The translations under genes were made by a program, and so were the position numbers. 64,000 bases of DNA, taken from Eledone cirrhosa (lineage: Eukaryota). Positions 60,601 to 64,000 of the stretch are shown piece after piece. The notes below the pieces were generated by a model that was not told the origin of the DNA, searched no databases, and was given only the letters and a program-made list of their open reading frames with translations. Numbering within the stretch: position 1 is the stretch's first letter; the number at the start of each line of letters is the position of its first letter. Location of the stretch: NCBI GenBank assembly GCA_964016885.1, contig OZ024742.1, positions 198,400,001 through 198,464,000 of the forward strand. Direction: 5' to 3'.

Positions 60601-63600
60601 CATGAAAGGTACCAACACATCAGTCAGTGACCACATGAAAGGTACCAACACATCAATCAGTGACCACATGAAAGGTACCAACACATCAATCAGTGACCAC
60701 ATGAAAGGAACCAACACATCAGTCAGTGACCACATGAAAGATACCAACACATCCATCAGTGACCACACGAAAGGTACCAACACATCAGTCAGTGACCACA
60801 TGAAAGGTACCAACACATCAGTCAGTGGCCACATATGTACCAACACATCAGTCAGTGACCACATGATATGTACCAACACATCAGTAAGTGACCACATGAG
60901 AGGTACCAACACATCCGTCAGTGACCACATGAAAGGTACCAACACATCTATCAGTGACCACATGAAAGGTACCAACATATCAGTCAGTGACCACATGAAA
61001 GGTACCAACACGTCAGTCAGTGACCACATGAAAGGCACTAACACATCAGTCAGTGACCACATGAAAGGTACCAACACATCAGTCAGTGACCACATGAAAG
61101 GTACCAACACATCAGTCAGTGACCACATGAAAGGTACCAACACATCCGTCAGTGACCACATGAAAGGTACCAACACATCAGTCAGTGACCACATGATATG
61201 CACCAACACATCAGTCAGTGACCACATGAAAGGCACCAACACATCAGTCAGTGACCACATGAAAGGTACCAACACATCAGTCATTGACCACATGAAAGGT
61301 ACCAACACATCAGTCAGTGACCACATGAAAGGTACCAACACATCAGTAAGTGACCACATGAAAGGTACCAACACATCAGTCAGTGACCACATGATATGCA
61401 CCAACACATCAGTCAGTGACCACATGATATGCACCAACACATCAGTCAGTGACCACATGAAAGGTACCAACACATCAGTAAGTGGCCACATGATATGCAC
61501 TAACACATCAGTAAGTGACCACATGATATGCACCAACACATCCGTCAGTGACCACATGAAAGGTACCAACACATCAGTCAGTGACCACATGAAAGGTACC
61601 AACACATCAGTCAGTGACCACATGAAAGGTACCAACACATCAGTCAGTGACCACATGAAAGGTACCAACACATCAATCAGTGACCACATGAAAGGTACCA
61701 GCACATCAGTCAGTGACCACATGAAAGGTACCAACACATCAGTCAGTGACCACATGAAAGGTACCAACACATCAGTCAGTGACCACATGAAAGGTTCCAA
61801 CACATCAGTCAGTGACCACATGAAAGATACCAACACATCAGTCAGTGACCACATGAAAGGTACCAACACATCAGTCAGTGACCACATGAAAGGTACCAAC
61901 ACATCAGTCAGTGGCCACATATGTACCAACACATCAGTCAGTGACCACATGATATGTACCAACACATCAGTAAGTGACCACATGAGAGGTACCAACACAT
62001 CCGTCAGTGACCACATGAAAGGTACCAACACATCTATCAGTGACCACATGAAAGATACCAACATATCAGTCAGTGACCACATGAAAGGTACCAACACGTC
62101 AGTCAGTGACCACATGAAAGGCACTAACACATCAGTCAGTGACCACATGAAAGGTACCAACACATCAGTCAGTGACCACATGAAAGGTACCAACACATCA
62201 GTCAGTGACCACATGAAAGGTACCAACACATCCGTCAGTGACCACATGAAAGGTACCAACACATCAGTCAGTGACCACATGATATGCACCAACACATCAG
62301 TCAGTGACCACATGAAAGATACCAACACATCAGTCAGTGACCACATGAAAGGTACCAACACATCAGTCAGTGACCACATGAAAGATACCAACACATCCGT
62401 CAGTGACCACAAATGTACCAACACATCAGTCAGTGACCACATGAAAGGTAGCAACACATCAGTCAGTTACCACATGAAAAGTACCAACACATCAGTCAGT
62501 GACCACATGAAAGTTACCAACACATCAATCAGTGACCACATGATATGCACCAACACATCAGTCAGTGACCACATGAAAGGTACCAACACATCAGTCAGTG
62601 ACCACATTAAAGGTACCAACACATCAGTCAGTGACCACATTAAAGGTATCAACACATCAATCAGTGACCACATGAAAGGTACCAACACATCAGTCAGTGA
62701 CCACATGAAAGGTACCAACACATCAGTCAGTGACCACATGAAAGATACTAACACACCCGTCAGTGACCACATGAAAGGTACCAACACATCAGTCAGTGAC
62801 CACATGAAAGGTACCAACACATCAGTCAGTGACCACATGAAAGGTACCAACACATCAATCAGTGACCACATGAAAGGTACCAACACATCAATCAGTGACC
62901 ACATGAAAGGAACCAACACATCAGTCAGTGACCACATGAAAGATACCAACACATCCATCAGTGACCACACGAAAGGTACCAACACATCAGTCAGTGACCA
63001 CATGAAAGGTACCAACACATCAGTCAGTGGCCACATATGTACCAACACATCAGTCAGTGACCACATGATATGTACCAACACATCAGTAAGTGACCACATG
63101 AGAGGTACCAACACATCCGTCAGTGACCACATGAAAGGTACCAACACATCTATCAGTGACCACATGAAAGGTACCAACATATCAGTCAGTGACCACATGA
63201 AAGGTACCAACACGTCAGTCAGTGACCACATGAAAGGCACTAACACATCAGTCAGTGACCACATGAAAGGTACCAACACATCAGTCAGTGACCACATGAA
63301 AGGTACCAACACATCAGTCAGTGACCACATGAAAGGTACCAACACATCCGTCAGTGACCACATGAAAGGTACCAACACATCAGTCAGTGACCACATGATA
63401 TGCACCAACACATCAGTCAGTGACCACATGAAAGGCACCAACACATCAGTCAGTGACCACATGAAAGGTACCAACACATCAGTCATTGACCACATGAAAG
63501 GTACCAACACATCAGTCAGTGACCACATGAAAGGTACCAACACATCAGTAAGTGACCACATGAAAGGTACCAACACATCAGTCAGTGACCACATGATATG

Positions 63601-64000
63601 CACCAACACATCAGTCATTGACCACATGAAAGGTACCAACACATCAGTCAGTGACCACATGAAAGGTACCAACACATCAGTAAGTGGCCACATGATATGC
63701 ACTAACACATCAGTAAGTGACCACATGATATGCACCAACACATCCGTCAGTGACCACATGAAAGGTACTAACACATCAGTCAGTGACCACATGAAAGGTA
63801 CCAACACATCAGTCAGTGACCACATGAAAGGTACCAACACATCAGTCAGTGACCACATGAAAGGTACCAACACATCAGTCAGTGACCACATGAAAGGTAC
63901 CAACACATCCGTCAGTGACCACATGAAAGGTACCAACACATCAGTCAGTGACCACATGATATGCACCAACACATCAGTCAGTGACCACATGAAAGGCACC
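57641..64000 (+). other. Repeat-derived open frame of at least 2120 codons, (MKGTNTSVSDH)n, with no stop before the window end; coding status unsupported
   Basis: The last + stop is TAA ending at 57598. The minus ORFs at 57274, 60265 and 62467 stay in one frame, so there is no frameshift. It is probably missing from the ORF track because it has no terminal stop. No non-repetitive domain is present. Confidence 0.2.
58775..63615 (+). repeat. 2202-bp tandem duplication inside the fourth HOR-C copy (about 2.2 periods)
   Basis: Minus-strand stops at 60265 and 62467, and the ATTGAC marker at 59081 and 61283 (both offset 2202). The match breaks near 58770/60972 and 61415/63617. Confidence 0.9.

Larger units (their letters stand above)
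1..64000 (+). repeat. Tandem array of a 33-bp unit (ATGAAAGGTACCAACACATCAGTCAGTGACCAC), about 1,940 copies; neither end lies in the window
   Basis: The unit is directly visible throughout. Consensus composition is 13 A, 9 C, 6 G, 5 T (45% GC, A+C = 22/33 on the + strand), with no CpG and one KpnI site (GGTACC). Main variants: AAAGGT>ATATGT/ATATGC, GTC>GTA/GTT/ATC, GGT>GGC, TCA>TCC. Length variants of 29, 30, 31, 32 and 35 bp occur. Confidence 0.99.
36290..64000 (+). repeat. Higher-order repeat C: copies starting near 36290, 42665, 49267 and 55870 (periods 6374, 6603, 6603 bp); the fourth copy is rearranged and runs off the window
   Basis: Identical ORFs at 36315/42689/49292/55895, and identical 1481-aa ORFs at 38061/44435/51038. 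Markers: GTCGGT, GGTAGC followed by AGTTAC, GGTTCC, AGTGGC, TCTATC, AACAGATCC. Confidence 0.95.

Noticed and set aside
27-63999. The many long ORFs on both strands as real CDS features
   Set aside because: They follow automatically from a stop-free unit whose length is a multiple of 3. There are no unique domains, and starts and ends coincide with repeat indels or point stops. The coding hypothesis is kept only as a finding.
1-64000. CRISPR array (33-bp repeat length, short internal palindromes)
   Set aside because: Units abut directly with no unique spacers; there is no leader or cas gene, and variation is limited to point changes.
1-64000. Zinc-finger or other known repeat-protein family (His, Cys and Met in the translation)
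   Set aside because: No C-x2-4-C...H-x3-5-H spacing or TGEKP linker, and the 11-aa period matches no family I can recognise.
1-64000. Telomeric repeat, rRNA/tRNA gene or transposon
   Set aside because: No short G-rich telomere motif, RNA-gene structure, terminal repeats or transposase/RT sequence, and no non-repeat DNA at all.
1-64000. Pure technical artefact (rolling-circle concatemer or synthetic construct)
   Set aside because: Nested duplications of differing divergence, regional variant gradients and shared rare markers indicate an evolved array. The exact HOR copy numbers could still be assembly-dependent.

Overview
The whole 64-kb window is one uninterrupted, head-to-tail tandem array (satellite or giant minisatellite) of a 33-bp unit, consensus ATGAAAGGTACCAACACATCAGTCAGTGACCAC. 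It holds about 1,940 units (64000/33), all in the same orientation, with no unique DNA, inversion, insertion element or array end visible. Every ORF in the track is a translation of the unit (+ MKGTNTSVSDH, - MWSLTDVLVPF), so I call no gene. The information lies in the order of unit variants, which is nested: a 66-bp dimer, a recurring 195-bp hexamer, and kb-scale higher-order repeats (HORs) of about 6.25 kb (left), 3.594 kb (middle), 6.37/6.60 kb and 2.202 kb (right). Variant composition changes from left to right across an indel-rich transition zone. The main open question is whether the array is, or was, a protein-coding repeat: many common variants are synonymous or in-frame, and the unit carries an N-T-S sequon. 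Frameshifts and stops on both strands argue against one intact gene. The host cannot be identified from this window; a eukaryotic satellite is an inference. I found no evidence of a new multi-gene system. Block boundaries are approximate, read by eye from marker variants and ORF-track offsets.
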